This document shows, in pieces, positions 43,028-54,023 of a stretch of 64,000 nt of DNA. The position numbers and the translations under genes were made by a program. The notes under the pieces are model-generated. The model did not search any database, was not told the origin of the DNA, and saw nothing but the letters and a program-made list of their open reading frames with translations. This DNA comes from an uncultured Methanosarcinaceae archaeon. GTDB lineage: Archaea; Halobacteriota; Methanosarcinia; Methanosarcinales; Methanosarcinaceae. How positions within the stretch are numbered: position 1 is the stretch's first letter; every line of letters begins with the position of its first letter. The DNA lies in assembly GCA_963847185.1 (NCBI GenBank), contig CAWJYV010000007.1, positions 384,001 through 448,000 on the forward strand. The letters run 5' to 3'.

Positions 43028-43825
43028 ATGAGTAATATAGGTAAGTCTGTAAGGATGGAACGTATTTTCAATAGAAATACTGGTAACGCTATTATTATTC
43101 CTATGGACCATGGAGTTGGGGCAGGTCCCATACCTGGACTCAAAAACCTGCAGGAAGCTGTAAACAGGGTCGCAGAGGGAGGAGCAAATGCAGTTCTGGG
43201 GCATATGGGCCTTGCTAAACACGGACACAGGGGATACGGGCACGATGTAGGTCTTATAATCCACCTCTCGGCTTCAACTTCCCTTGCTGTTGACCCTAAC
43301 CACAAAGTTCTTGTAACGACCGTAGAAGAAGCTATAAAGGTCGGTGCTGACGCGGTATCCGTTCATATCAATATTGGAGCTGAAGATGAATATGAAATGC
43401 TTCAGGGTCTTGGTTATGTCGCAGGAAAGTGTGATGAATGGGGAATTCCTCTTCTTGCTATGATGTACCCTCGCGGAAAAAAAGTTCGCTCCGAATATGA
43501 TGTGGACGTTGTAAAGCATGCAGCCAGAATCGGTGCTGAGCTTGGGGCAGATATAATCAAGACCAATTACACAGGCAGTCCAGAATCATTTAAAGAAGTC
43601 GTTGACGGATGTCCGGTACCTGTAATTATTGCAGGTGGTCCTAAGGTTAGTTCTGAACAGGATTTACTGGAAATGATTGAAGGTTCTCTGGAAGCCGGAG
43701 GGAAAGGTGTCGCTATAGGAAGGAATGTTTTCCAGGCAGAAGATCCTACAGGGCTTGTCCGTAGAATTGCAAAAATCGTTCATGAGGGTGTGAGCGCAGA
43801 AGCGATTATTAATATGGGTAAGTAA
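43028..43825 (+). CDS. DhnA-type class I aldolase / 2-amino-3,7-dideoxy-D-threo-hept-6-ulosonate synthase
   Basis: [31 protein letters not shown]. Confidence 0.88.
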   Translation: MSNIGKSVRMERIFNRNTGNAIIIPMDHGVGAGPIPGLKNLQEAVNRVAEGGANAVLGHMGLAKHGHRGYGHDVGLIIHLSASTSLAVDPNHKVLVTTVEEAIKVGADAVSVHINIGAEDEYEMLQGLGYVAGKCDEWGIPLLAMMYPRGKKVRSEYDVDVVKHAARIGAELGADIIKTNYTGSPESFKEVVDGCPVPVIIAGGPKVSSEQDLLEMIEGSLEAGGKGVAIGRNVFQAEDPTGLVRRIAKIVHEGVSAEAIINMGK

Positions 43826-45040
43826 GTTAAAGGCAGAAGCCTTGACAATGAAATAAAAATGAATTTATTATGTGAATTCACAGGCAAAATAAGAACCAAG
43901 ATCCAAAAAATACGTGACTCAAAAAAATATTGATTAAATATAAATTTTTCTCTTAACAAGAGATCAATCCGTCTAAAAAGGATCAATCCATCTAAAAAAT
44001 GTAGTGGAAATGAAGGGGCTTCTTTTTTCAGAAGGAAAAATCCATTCAAAAGATAACTAATAACAATCAGGAATTCAGATTAAGACTTCCTCGAAGTCTC
44101 AAAAAAGGGAAGCAACACTGGACCAAGAATTGTGTATTTTTACCCCCGATCCATCTGAAATCTCTCATTTGAGATATGTTTCTCAACCATCTGTTCCTTT
44201 CTTTATTCTTTAACTTTTTTTGAATGTTTCCCTCCTTTAAATGTAATTTTAACAATAGATATCAGGAGTCTCATTCTCTGAACATACTACAAAATATGTG
44301 TTATTATTGGATGCAAGTGTATGAATTTCTTTGCCGAAAATTAGACTTTCCTCTAAGAGATATCGGAAGCTAAATTTTTATTTAATTATATGTTTCGTTA
44401 GGTATAAACGTGTTATCTTTAGATTCCAGTGGAACTAAGGGGGTATTGAAATATCTATGATGGAGACAAAAAATAATGAAGTTGAATGCCTTATAATGGC
44501 GAATATTTATACAAAGTAAGGTTGGTAGTACAAAGTAATGTTACATCGTAAACTCTTATGAATTCTTAATAATTGTCTTAAAATAGGGGAAGGGTGCATC
44601 TTCTAAAGATAATATTTACAGTGGATAAAATTTAAAATATATAGAATAAATGCAAAGAAATGAGAAAATGAAAAAACAATTATTGTGAAAAAATTAATCA
44701 ATGAATTTCTCCAGTGGAAATTAAAGGGTCTCTCCTGAGAGAATCCGATAATAAGTTGGAGGCGATACTTAAAATCTATTAAAAGGTAACAATGACAAGT
44801 ATTAATATAAAAAGAAGCTAAATTTAGAGTGGGGATAAAGGCAGGGCTAAAAATATATTTCAATGGATTCCGGGCTTGGGATATGATAACAAACTTTAGA
44901 GTCCTCTCTTTTCAGTCTGCTTTGAGAATAAAGTCACTATCAGTTCTTAATTTATGGAACATCAAAGCCGAAGCGTAGTTTATTTATAGAAAAGTTTACT
45001 TACAATAAATTCCACTTTGAACCCTTGTGAAGGTGTGCTT

Positions 45041-46003
45041 TTGAACTTGGGAACCTTTAAAAGAAATGTAATACTATTTTTAATTCTCATATTGGGGGTA
45101 TTTTTAGTCCATGCATACTGGACAGAGATAATAGCTCTCTTGGGGGAAAGCTGGGGAATACTCCAAGAAATCCGGATTCGTTATTTTGTTATGGCATTCA
45201 TAGTCTATTTATTAAGCGTTTACTTATTTGCAGCCCGCTGGCAGAAGGTTCTCTCTTGCATGGACTATAAGCTTAAAGCTACAGACCTTGTCCCCATTAT
45301 TTTCGGAGGAATATTTGCAAATAACTTAACTCCGGCAAGCAGAGCAGGGGGTGAACCCCTCAGGATACTATGGATTAAGAAACAGTTTGAGGTAAGCTAT
45401 ACTAACGCCTTCATATCGATTTTGTTTGAAAGAATGGTCGAAGCAGTTCCTATTCTAATGATATCGATCTATGTTCTATACTCACTTCCAATATTAGAAA
45501 TCAAATCCTTACCTCTGAAAAACGGTCTAACACTTAACTCAACTTATCTATTACTTTTAATCGTGCTTGTAATGGGAATATTAACATGGTTTTTTCGAGA
45601 AAAACTCACTTCTCTCCTCAAGCGTGTACATGCGAACTGGAAAAAACTTAAAAAATCTTTTATCCCTGTGCTTTTATTATCCAGTGGAGTCTGGGTTCTT
45701 GACATAATACGTCTCAAATATATTGCTTTAGCCCTGAATCTTCCTCTCTCGTTACATACGATCGCAACAGTGTCAATCCTGTACTTGATTCTTGGAAGCT
45801 TACCTATAACCCCAGGTGGTCTTGGGATAGTTGAAGGAGGGCTTGTTTCTATCCTTCTCTATTTCGGATTGTCACTTGCTTTGGCTAGCAGCTTTGTTTT
45901 TATCGAGCGTTTTATCTCTTTTGGGCTCAGCAGCCTGATAGGATTCGTATACCTGTTTTATTATGGAGGGTTTAAGATATGGAAAAACATAGAATCGCAT
46001 TGA
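45041..46003 (+). CDS. UPF0104/LPG-synthase-TM flippase-like membrane protein
   Basis: NNLTPASRAGGEP, FER, PITPGGLGIVEG. Confidence 0.88.
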   Translation: MNLGTFKRNVILFLILILGVFLVHAYWTEIIALLGESWGILQEIRIRYFVMAFIVYLLSVYLFAARWQKVLSCMDYKLKATDLVPIIFGGIFANNLTPASRAGGEPLRILWIKKQFEVSYTNAFISILFERMVEAVPILMISIYVLYSLPILEIKSLPLKNGLTLNSTYLLLLIVLVMGILTWFFREKLTSLLKRVHANWKKLKKSFIPVLLLSSGVWVLDIIRLKYIALALNLPLSLHTIATVSILYLILGSLPITPGGLGIVEGGLVSILLYFGLSLALASSFVFIERFISFGLSSLIGFVYLFYYGGFKIWKNIESH

Positions 46004-47109
46004 TAAGCGACTGGTATTTTCCAAAAGTTGGGGGAATCGAGTATTCAATGCATGCACTTGCTAAAACCCTTAATATGCATGGTCATGACGTAAATGTTAT
46101 CACAAGGAGCTATCCGGGTTTGCCTGAACACTCTATTAGAGAAGGAATTACAGTTATAAGAATCAAAGGCAAACCTCTACCAGGGCAGAATCGTTTTCTC
46201 GTTCCTAATGCATACAAAGAACTATACTACCTTTTGAAAAAGAAAGATTATGATATTGTCAATTGCCATGGGCTGGATTCTCCTATTGGTATGTCGGCTC
46301 TTATTGCATCCAGGAAACTTGGAATCCCTACGGTAGTAACCAATCACTCTCTTATCGGACATACAATATATGGTCCTACTTTATACTTAGCAGGCAAGCT
46401 ACTGTTAAGAAATGCAGATGCTATAATTGCAGTCAGCTCTGCAGTTGAAAATGATTCAAAAATAATGACATCAAAGCCTATATATCGTATATTTAATGGA
46501 GTTGACTCGGAAAATAGCCAGTTAAAAGTTTCCTTTCCTGATTATAAGGAAAGAAAACTGGTAATCGCCACAGTAGCACGTATGACAAAAAAGAAAGGTG
46601 TCCAGAATATTGTAAGTCTTGCTCCTTACCTTCTGGGAATAAACGATAATTTACTGTTTTTAATGATAGGAGATGGCCCACTTAGAAAAAGCCTGGAAAA
46701 GAGAGTAGAAGAAAGTGGGTTATCTCGAAATTTTTATTTTACAGGAGAAGTTTCCAGAGAGGAAGTAATGGAATACCTTAATCAGGCAGATATTTTTGCT
46801 CTTCCTTCTGTTGATGAAGCATTTGGAATTTCGATTCTGGAAGCAATGTTAAAAAATGTCCCTGTTGTGGCAATGAACCATAGTGGAGTCTCGGATATTA
46901 TTAAAAACGGAGTAAACGGTTATCTTGCAGATGACCTTCCGGAATTTTCGTCCTACCTTCAGACTCTGATTGAAAATCCATATCAGAGAATATCATTTGC
47001 TCAAGAGGCAAGCAAGGGGCTTTCAAACTACGATTGGAATAGAATATATGAACAAACATTTAGGGTATATTCAAAGGTCATTTATGAAAAACATCACAAT
47101 AACAATTGA
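45979..47109 (+). CDS. GT4 glycosyltransferase, PIG-A/PimA-like
   Basis: SDWYFPKVGGIE, TNHSL, IGDGP, EAFGISILEAM. Confidence 0.9.
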   Translation: MEKHRIALISDWYFPKVGGIEYSMHALAKTLNMHGHDVNVITRSYPGLPEHSIREGITVIRIKGKPLPGQNRFLVPNAYKELYYLLKKKDYDIVNCHGLDSPIGMSALIASRKLGIPTVVTNHSLIGHTIYGPTLYLAGKLLLRNADAIIAVSSAVENDSKIMTSKPIYRIFNGVDSENSQLKVSFPDYKERKLVIATVARMTKKKGVQNIVSLAPYLLGINDNLLFLMIGDGPLRKSLEKRVEESGLSRNFYFTGEVSREEVMEYLNQADIFALPSVDEAFGISILEAMLKNVPVVAMNHSGVSDIIKNGVNGYLADDLPEFSSYLQTLIENPYQRISFAQEASKGLSNYDWNRIYEQTFRVYSKVIYEKHHNNN

Positions 47110-47803
47110 TGTAGAAGAAGATTGTCCACCCATGCTTACAAGTACCAGAGGTATGGAAGAAGGATTGCCTAAATTACTTGATCTCTTTAAGGAAGAAGAT
47201 GTAAAAGCAACTTTTTTCGTAACAGGAATAATGGCAGAACAGTATCCTGACCTGATATCCAGAATTCCAAAAGAAGGGCATGAGCTCGGCTGTCATGGAT
47301 ATACCCATGAACGTTTTGACAGAATGAAAAAGGAAGAGGCTAGAGTTGCCCTTAAAAAAGCTGGACAGGTTCTCAGGCAGTTTGAAAACAGACTGGTCTC
47401 CTTCAGGGCCCCTAATCTTCAGTTTCCTGAAAGTTATCTTAAACTCCTTGAAGATGAAGATTTCCTGTATGACTCCTCGATTGCAGCATATAAACCTCCA
47501 TTTCCCAGAAGTACAGTAGAAGGCAAAATAATAAGAGTTCCTGCGACTGTCACCTCTTCTGTCATAAGACTACCTCCAAGCCTTTTTCTCCCGCTACTCA
47601 GGCATACGAAAGCTCCTGTAATTTTTGCCCATCCCTGGGAATTCGTGGACATGTCCGGAATGCCTATACGCATAGACTGCAGGTTTAATACCGGAAAAAA
47701 AGCTCTTGAAAATCTTAGAACTCTAATCCATGCCTTTAAAGTTGAAAATTATCTTTTTTTAACTCTGGAAGAAAGAGCACGTCTCGAAAATCATAAGTCC
47801 TGA
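47084..47803 (+). CDS. NodB-type polysaccharide deacetylase
   Basis: TIDVE, ATFFV, HELGCHGYTH, FRAP, HPWEF. Confidence 0.9.
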   Translation: MKNITITIDVEEDCPPMLTSTRGMEEGLPKLLDLFKEEDVKATFFVTGIMAEQYPDLISRIPKEGHELGCHGYTHERFDRMKKEEARVALKKAGQVLRQFENRLVSFRAPNLQFPESYLKLLEDEDFLYDSSIAAYKPPFPRSTVEGKIIRVPATVTSSVIRLPPSLFLPLLRHTKAPVIFAHPWEFVDMSGMPIRIDCRFNTGKKALENLRTLIHAFKVENYLFLTLEERARLENHKS

Positions 47804-47889
47804 AATCGGGAAGAACATTCTGGAAAATATATCATATTCCAAAAGAGAAATATTACTTCCTATTTTGCGAATAAATCTGTAAAAAAGCG

Positions 47890-47945
47890 ATTTCAAAATA
47901 TTTTGAACTAATTCTTAAATACTAATATTATCATAATATATATGT
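47890..47945 (+). promoter_or_regulatory. acr3 promoter with TTCAAAATATTTTGAA palindrome upstream of TATA
   Basis: Perfect 16-bp palindrome 47892-47907; near-identical block before CMD gene at 54495. Confidence 0.65.
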
Positions 47946-47988
47946 AATATCAAGTTAACAGTGTTAACATACAAATGTATAGGCAAAA

Positions 47989-49056
47989 ATGGTAGAGGTA
48001 TATGTTGTGGAAAAATCCGTAGTATCTAAATTATCCTTTCTGAACCGTTATTTAACCCTATGGATTTTTATGGCTATGTTTATAGGCGTAGGGTTGGGCT
48101 TTGTTTATCCAGGATTTGCAGAATTCTTAAAGAATTTGTCTATAGGGACAACATCCATTCCTATTGCTATTGGTTTGATAGTTATGATGTATCCTCCCCT
48201 TGCACGGGTCAAATATGAGGAATTAGGCAAGGTATTCAAGAATCACAAGGTTTTGGGCTTATCCTTACTGCAAAATTGGGTAGTTGGCCCGATTCTAATG
48301 TTCATCCTAGCTATTCTATTTCTCAGAGCTTATCCAGAATACATGGTGGGTGTTATTTTAATAGGCCTGGCCAGATGCATAGCCATGGTAATCGTCTGGA
48401 ACACTCTGGCAGATGGAGATAATGAGTATGCTGCTGCTCTGGTTGCCTTTAACTCCATCTTTCAGCTGGTCTTCTACTCAGTTTTTGCCTATTTTTTTAT
48501 AACCCTGCTTCCTGAATGGCTTGGACTTAGTGGTATGGAAGTAAATATCTCAATTGGAGAGGTTGCCCGGAGTGTTGCCATTTATCTGGGAATTCCTTTT
48601 GCTGCAGGGTTTTTAACCCGTTACTTCTTACGCCCTTCAAAAGGAGCCGAATGGTATGATGGAAAATTCATTCCTAAAATAGGTCCGATATCACTTTATG
48701 CTCTATTATTTACTATTATTGTGATGTTCTCTTTAAAAGGGGAATATATCGTTACCCTACCAATGGATGTAGTAAGGATTGCAATTCCTCTGTTAATCTA
48801 TTTCGTAGTTATGTTCAGCGTTTCCTTTTTTATTTCCAAAAAAATGGGGGTAAATTATGAGCAGACAACCTCTCTTGCATTTACTGCAGCCAGTAATAAT
48901 TTCGAACTTGCAATTGCAGTGGCAGTAGCGGTTTTTGGCATTAATTCAGGGCAGGCTTTTGCAGCAGTTGTAGGCCCTCTGATTGAAGTACCTGTGATGA
49001 TTGGACTTGTTAATGTCGCAGTTTACTGGAGAACAAAATATTTTAAGAAAAGCTAA
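47989..49056 (+). CDS. acr3: ACR3 arsenite efflux transporter
   Basis: [41 protein letters not shown]. Confidence 0.95.
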   Translation: MVEVYVVEKSVVSKLSFLNRYLTLWIFMAMFIGVGLGFVYPGFAEFLKNLSIGTTSIPIAIGLIVMMYPPLARVKYEELGKVFKNHKVLGLSLLQNWVVGPILMFILAILFLRAYPEYMVGVILIGLARCIAMVIVWNTLADGDNEYAAALVAFNSIFQLVFYSVFAYFFITLLPEWLGLSGMEVNISIGEVARSVAIYLGIPFAAGFLTRYFLRPSKGAEWYDGKFIPKIGPISLYALLFTIIVMFSLKGEYIVTLPMDVVRIAIPLLIYFVVMFSVSFFISKKMGVNYEQTTSLAFTAASNNFELAIAVAVAVFGINSGQAFAAVVGPLIEVPVMIGLVNVAVYWRTKYFKKS

Positions 49057-49117
49057 GATTAATTTAAATAAAGATCTGGAATACTAATAATTATATTCAA
49101 GTTGATTGAGTCCGAGA

Positions 49118-49501
49118 TTACTCGGACTGCAGGATCTCAAGGGTTTTTTCTAGAGCTTCTGAGATTTCATTGTCCTTGAGATCTTTATCTTTATTCTTTT
49201 TGATCCCCAATTCTGAAATTACAATATGTCGATCCACTTTGAAGCCTGCAAGTTCGAGGGTTTTGCTTGCACAGTTAACCGGGCACCCGTCAATAGCAAT
49301 TATCCTGTCTGAAGCGTCTGCAGACTTCATAAGTCCAGGGGCTCTAGCTCCGATTCCTGCAGTACACATCAGATTTCCGATCCCCTGTTTTTCAAGTTCA
49401 ATTGCGATTCTATTTGAGAGCTGGCCTACGTTTGAAGCCCCGACACATGGGAAGATTGCCACATTTGAGGATCCGCATGCACATTTGTTCTCCCCTGCCA
49501 T
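49118..49501 (-). CDS. DGC-domain putative zinc-binding protein
   Basis: CVGASNVGQL, IDGCPVNCA. Confidence 0.85.
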   Translation of the reverse strand: MAGENKCACGSSNVAIFPCVGASNVGQLSNRIAIELEKQGIGNLMCTAGIGARAPGLMKSADASDRIIAIDGCPVNCASKTLELAGFKVDRHIVISELGIKKNKDKDLKDNEISEALEKTLEILQSE

Positions 49502-49567
49502 TGTTTCATCTCCTTTTTGAGTTTTCATCTGGATTTAGTCTTTTTTAACACAGCAGTAAATGCTCTT

Positions 49568-49801
49568 TCATTGGGCAATCCATTTTTTAATATCTTTTTC
49601 ATCAGGAACTTTGCCTGCAAGTTTTACGTCTCCATCGATAACAACCGCAGGGGTGATCATAACACCATAGCTCATGATTTTTTCAATATCCTCAACTTTA
49701 ACCACTTCAGCTTCAACACCACTTTGCTTCAGTACTTTTTCAATTATTTCTTTTGTCTTTTTGCACTTAGAGCATCCTGTACCGAGAACTTCTATTTTCA
49801 T
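49568..49801 (-). CDS. Small redox-active disulfide protein (thioredoxin_3, MTH895-like)
   Basis: GTGCSKC, YGVMITPAVVIDG. Confidence 0.9.
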   Translation of the reverse strand: MKIEVLGTGCSKCKKTKEIIEKVLKQSGVEAEVVKVEDIEKIMSYGVMITPAVVIDGDVKLAGKVPDEKDIKKWIAQ

Positions 49802-49880
49802 GTTAATTACCTCACATTTTATCCTATACTGTTTTAATCTTAGACATTTCTTTCCTTTTTCAGCTTATGATACTTTAATC

Positions 49881-50852
49881 TTACAGAATAATGTTAAATA
49901 GATATCCCGTAAAAATTATAGATATAGTAACAATTATAACAAAAGCAGCTATCAGTTCATTTTTAAGCACTCTTTTCAAGATTATTATTTCTGGAAGAGA
50001 AAGCGCAGTTACTCCCATAAGAAAGGCAAGAGCAGTGCCTACTGGAAGTCCTTTTCCAATAAGGCTTTCCACAATAGGAATCATACCCATAACGTTGGAG
50101 TAGAGAGGCACTCCTATGATAACTGCAATCGGGACTGCAAGCAAATTGTCTTCTCCTGCATATTTTGCCAGAATGCCTTCGGGTGCATATCCGTGGAAAA
50201 TTCCTCCCAGAGCAACTCCGATAATCACATAGATCCAGACCCTTTCCACGATATCTTTAACACAGTCATAGGCGGCAGCAGACCTTTCTTTTACACTTAA
50301 CTCTTTTGGGCTTTTATTCGAGTCTCCTACCTTTATATTATAAACAAAGTCAGCTACGTATTTTTCCATTTTCAAGCGACCTATTAGGTAGCCACCAATA
50401 ACACCAAGTAAAATGCCTGAAACTGTATAAATCAAAGTTGCTTTAAGACCAATAGTAGCCCACAGCGCAGCAACTGCGGCCTCGTTTACCAGGGGGGAGG
50501 TAATAAGGAAGGAAAAAGTCACTCCAAGAGGAATCCCAGCTTCCACGAAACCAATAAAAAGTGGCACTGATGAACAGGAACAGAAGGGAGTAACTGCTCC
50601 CATCAAGGAGGCTAACAGATGATATTGCAATCCTGTTTTACCTCCGAGTAGTTTTCGAGTTTTTTCCGGGGTTACATATGTCCGTATGTAGGAAACAACA
50701 AAGATCATTACCGCTAGAAGGACGAAAATTTTCATTACATCATAAATAATAAAATTAACACTAGCTGCAAGGTGGGTACCAGGTTCAATTCCTAATACCT
50801 CATATGTCAGTTTATCAGCAATCCATTGAAGGGGATAGAAAATGTCAACCAT
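49881..50852 (-). CDS. ArsP/DUF318 permease
   Basis: TPFCSCSSVP, FLITSPLVNE, GVPLY, LSLPE. Confidence 0.88.
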   Translation of the reverse strand: MVDIFYPLQWIADKLTYEVLGIEPGTHLAASVNFIIYDVMKIFVLLAVMIFVVSYIRTYVTPEKTRKLLGGKTGLQYHLLASLMGAVTPFCSCSSVPLFIGFVEAGIPLGVTFSFLITSPLVNEAAVAALWATIGLKATLIYTVSGILLGVIGGYLIGRLKMEKYVADFVYNIKVGDSNKSPKELSVKERSAAAYDCVKDIVERVWIYVIIGVALGGIFHGYAPEGILAKYAGEDNLLAVPIAVIIGVPLYSNVMGMIPIVESLIGKGLPVGTALAFLMGVTALSLPEIIILKRVLKNELIAAFVIIVTISIIFTGYLFNIIL

Positions 50853-50906
50853 TTTTGGATCCTTCTTTTATGAATTTATAGTTTTTATAGTTGTATTTTC
50901 AAATAC

Positions 50907-50922
50907 ATCAATATACATTGAT
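50907..50922. promoter_or_regulatory. ArsR-type operator ATCAA-N6-TTGAT
   Basis: ATCAA TATACA TTGAT upstream of the permease operon. Confidence 0.65.
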
Positions 50923-51592
50923 ATAGTCTGTACTATATAATTATTTCCATATAGCATGGAATATTTTACTTGTTTTTAACCCGAAATATTTTTGTTGTCA
51001 TCAAAGAATTTTTCCCAGTATATCTTCAAAAATAAGTCTGCAAATTCGCTGAATTGCTGAAAAATAAATGATAGGTATAGAAAATCCCTTCGAAAAAAGC
51101 CTCTGGAAAACATGATATGTGCAAATTTCCGATTTGCGGAAAAAGAAAACTTTTTTCTTCACATAAACAACCAGTAAGTTGAAACATTAAATGACTGGGA
51201 AGTAAAACATTAATCACTTCATTGATTGCTGAAGAAAGAGTAAAGCAAGAAAAATTCATTCTTTTTGAAGAGGTGCTATTACTCATGAACCCCTGAAAAA
51301 ACTATTTATCCATTTATATTATTTATTATCCCACATTCCGCAGTATTTTTTCGAATATCACTATTTTTTCTGATAGCGTTTTTGGAACTTCTTACAATAA
51401 TCTAAAATCAAATGAAGCTCGGTGAAAATTGAATGCTATCGTTTTTTGGCCTCTAAACTCATACATATTCACTTTTTATTCCTGCACAAAAGTCCAATAA
51501 ATTTACGTTAAATTGAAACTCGATAGCAGTAAAAATTGTGAAAAACTTAAATTTTACTGCGGAAAGTGGGTTAAACCTGTAATCCACATAAT

Positions 51593-51895
51593 TTAAAACG
51601 TATACTCGTTTCTGCAGTGTTCCATAATATCATCTATAAATGTAACGTAAAAATTATCCGGGACTGTAATTTTCTCTCCTGCTTTGATAGCTCTTGCCTT
51701 AAGATCTTCTTTGCATGCATAAACTCTGCACTCTGGCAGTTTTTCCTCTATCCCGGTAAGCAAGTGATAGACTCCGTCCCCTGCAAGGTAGAGTCTGACG
51801 TTTACGGAGCGAGCAACAAGTTTCAAGCATATTTCTGACCTCGTACTATGGGGAGGCTTCGTCAGCAGGAACACATCCCATCGTTCTTCTTTCAT
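51593..51895 (-). CDS. DsrH/TusB-like protein
   Basis: LYLAGDGVY, ACKEDLKAR; last of a DsrE-F-H triplet. Confidence 0.8.
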   Translation of the reverse strand: MKEERWDVFLLTKPPHSTRSEICLKLVARSVNVRLYLAGDGVYHLLTGIEEKLPECRVYACKEDLKARAIKAGEKITVPDNFYVTFIDDIMEHCRNEYTF

Positions 51896-51948
51896 ATTAT
51901 CACCGATTCATCCTTATCCGGTAACCAATATCTTATCCAGTACCAGTA

Positions 51949-52293
51949 TTAAAGCAGAACAACACAATCCGAGTTTTCCATTGCTGTTAAAAAATCTTCC
52001 TCATCTATTAGTTCCAGAGTTTCTATAAGGGTTTCCTCAAACAGGCCTCTCTCTACAAGGGACTGTTCATGCACGAGTACTCTCAGTTCCCCATAAGCAT
52101 ACAGAATATCTGCAAGATTTGGCACTCCAAGATTTATACTATCCTGGCCACCAACCGTTAGATAGACACCATCTCCATAAAGGCCAAGAATAGTATTCAT
52201 TCTGTTAAGGCTTACTATAGCCGCATTCAATGCTCCGAAGGCTTTTTCACTACCATATGGGGCAGTATCCAGCAGGTAAAAAACTGATTTCAT
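51949..52293 (-). CDS. DsrF/TusC-like protein
   Basis: APYGSE, GDGVY, SLVERG. Confidence 0.8.
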   Translation of the reverse strand: MKSVFYLLDTAPYGSEKAFGALNAAIVSLNRMNTILGLYGDGVYLTVGGQDSINLGVPNLADILYAYGELRVLVHEQSLVERGLFEETLIETLELIDEEDFLTAMENSDCVVLL

Positions 52294-52318
52294 TGGATTC
52301 TAACCTCTTTTCGATGAA

Positions 52319-52699
52319 CTACCTTGATAGCGATATCACCCTATCACTTTTCTTTAGCATTTCAGAGAGTTCATAGAGACTGGAAATTTTTATCCCTGGG
52401 AGATAGTCTCTACAATTAGTTTCGTTCCCAGTTTCCCCTTCTATCATATAACCTCGTGCAGCAGCACACCGAGCACATGCCCTGATTACAGCCCCTTTCT
52501 CTGCAAGTCTGGTGAAGAATTCCCCTGCGTTGGTAAAAAACGATGGATTCTGGCCCTTTTTGGGGATGTGCACTGCATCAAGGTACAGAAATATGTTTAC
52601 GTTATATTGTTTAAGAGCAGCCTCGGCAAGCTTGCAGGCGATCTCTGCATATCCGGAAATATAAGGACCGTCAGTGAGTACTATGGTTAGCGTCTTCAA
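52319..52699 (-). CDS. DsrE/TusD-like sulfurtransferase
   Basis: GPY, FLYLDAV, CARCAAARG. Confidence 0.82.
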   Translation of the reverse strand: MKTLTIVLTDGPYISGYAEIACKLAEAALKQYNVNIFLYLDAVHIPKKGQNPSFFTNAGEFFTRLAEKGAVIRACARCAAARGYMIEGETGNETNCRDYLPGIKISSLYELSEMLKKSDRVISLSR

Positions 52700-52736
52700 A
52701 GTTCCCTCCGAATATTTAACTATTTATGCAGCGACC

Positions 52737-53491
52737 TCAAATATATGCAGTCAAAACCTGCAAATGCTCCTGATTAAGTGTATACTCCGATTCTTTGAGA
52801 GGTGTACATTTGTCTAGAGAAGTTTCCCCACTCCTAATTTTTATTGCAAATGTATAGCAACTCTGTTCGTTGCACTTGCCACAGTTAGTCTGAGGCAGGT
52901 ATTTGTAAATCTCCATGGGTTCGACTCTAACCTTTTCCCTGGGAGCTGGGGCTACACCTTTTGCAATAGCCTCATTAATAGTGTTTCTCAGTTTTTCAAG
53001 TGCTTCTCTGGCCTCATCCTTATTCTTAATCATCGTCATAGTGACTTTTCCAGAACCGTAAGTAGTGGTAATGATTTCTCCTTTTTGGATAATAAGGGCG
53101 CTTATTTTGTCTGAATATCTGCCTCTGGGAAAAAGTGGTTCAAGCAGCTTGGGGGTTCCACCTAGCGGAGGAGCCATATTTGCAATTACCCTGAATTTTG
53201 AGAGTCATCTATGCAGGGCAAAAGCTGTCTGATCTCAGCAATCTCAACAGGCTTTGCCTGAGAAAGGTCTGCAGTTTTCCCAGTACTGTTTTCTTCCTTG
53301 CCTTTCAGGAAATTCCTGCCGTATTCACTTAATTTTACAGTTCCTTCTCCTAACTCAATCAGACTTGCCTGTTGCAGAACTTTAAGATGAAAATCTAGCA
53401 TTGATTTCCCTACTGCATCTCCGAAGTCCTCGGAATTTCTGTCACCATCTGCCAGGAAGTTCATTATCTTCCTTCTAGTGGCATTGGCCAT
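52737..53491 (-). pseudogene. ArsR-type HTH fused to putative Fe-S domain, split by frameshift
   Basis: HTH TRRKIM...FHLKVL; LPCIDD joins SKFRVIANMAPP after one-base shift near 53200; LPQTNCGKC...C...CTP. Confidence 0.75.
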
Positions 53492-53669
53492 AGCATTTTC
53501 ACCAATTTTATCTCGTTCGGATTTCCCGGCAATTCCAACACCTGCGAAGTTTATTAAAAATCGAACCCTAAATTTTTCTGATATTCAGTGAATTAGGCAA
53601 CTTTTTCTCGGTAAAAGTCCAGTTTTTTAATTACTATATATCCGCTTCATAAAAACCCGCAGGATAGGT

Positions 53670-53685
53670 ATCAAAAAAGATTGAT
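53670..53685. promoter_or_regulatory. ArsR-type operator ATCAA-N6-TTGAT
   Basis: ATCAA AAAAGA TTGAT. Confidence 0.6.
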
Positions 53686-53781
53686 ATGAAATTAAAAAGT
53701 AAAATGGGATTACGTGATTATTCTGAAAAATATCAACTTACTATTCAGCTCTTAATGTTCTCTATAATTGTTTTAACTTAT

Positions 53782-53797
53782 ATCAATTATTCTTGAT
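53782..53797. promoter_or_regulatory. ArsR-type operator ATCAA-N6-TTGAT
   Basis: ATCAA TTATTC TTGAT. Confidence 0.6.
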
Positions 53798-54023
53798 ATT
53801 TTTCATGTGGGTTTTTAAATTTGAGCTTTCTAATATCGACTATTGATTTTTGAAAACTCAACGGATTAACAAGGCGAGAAAATGGAAAAAGAAAAGGATA
53901 TAGTATTAGAAGAAAAAGATTCGGAGAATAATTCAAAAGACGATGAAGAAGAACTGCAATTGTTGCTATGATGACTGAAATTGCCTATAAATTTCATTTT
54001 ATCCTGGCTGATCACTTAACCTT

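Noticed and set aside
43850-44990. Short ORFs in long intergenic region
   Set aside because: AT-rich, no motifs or RBS support
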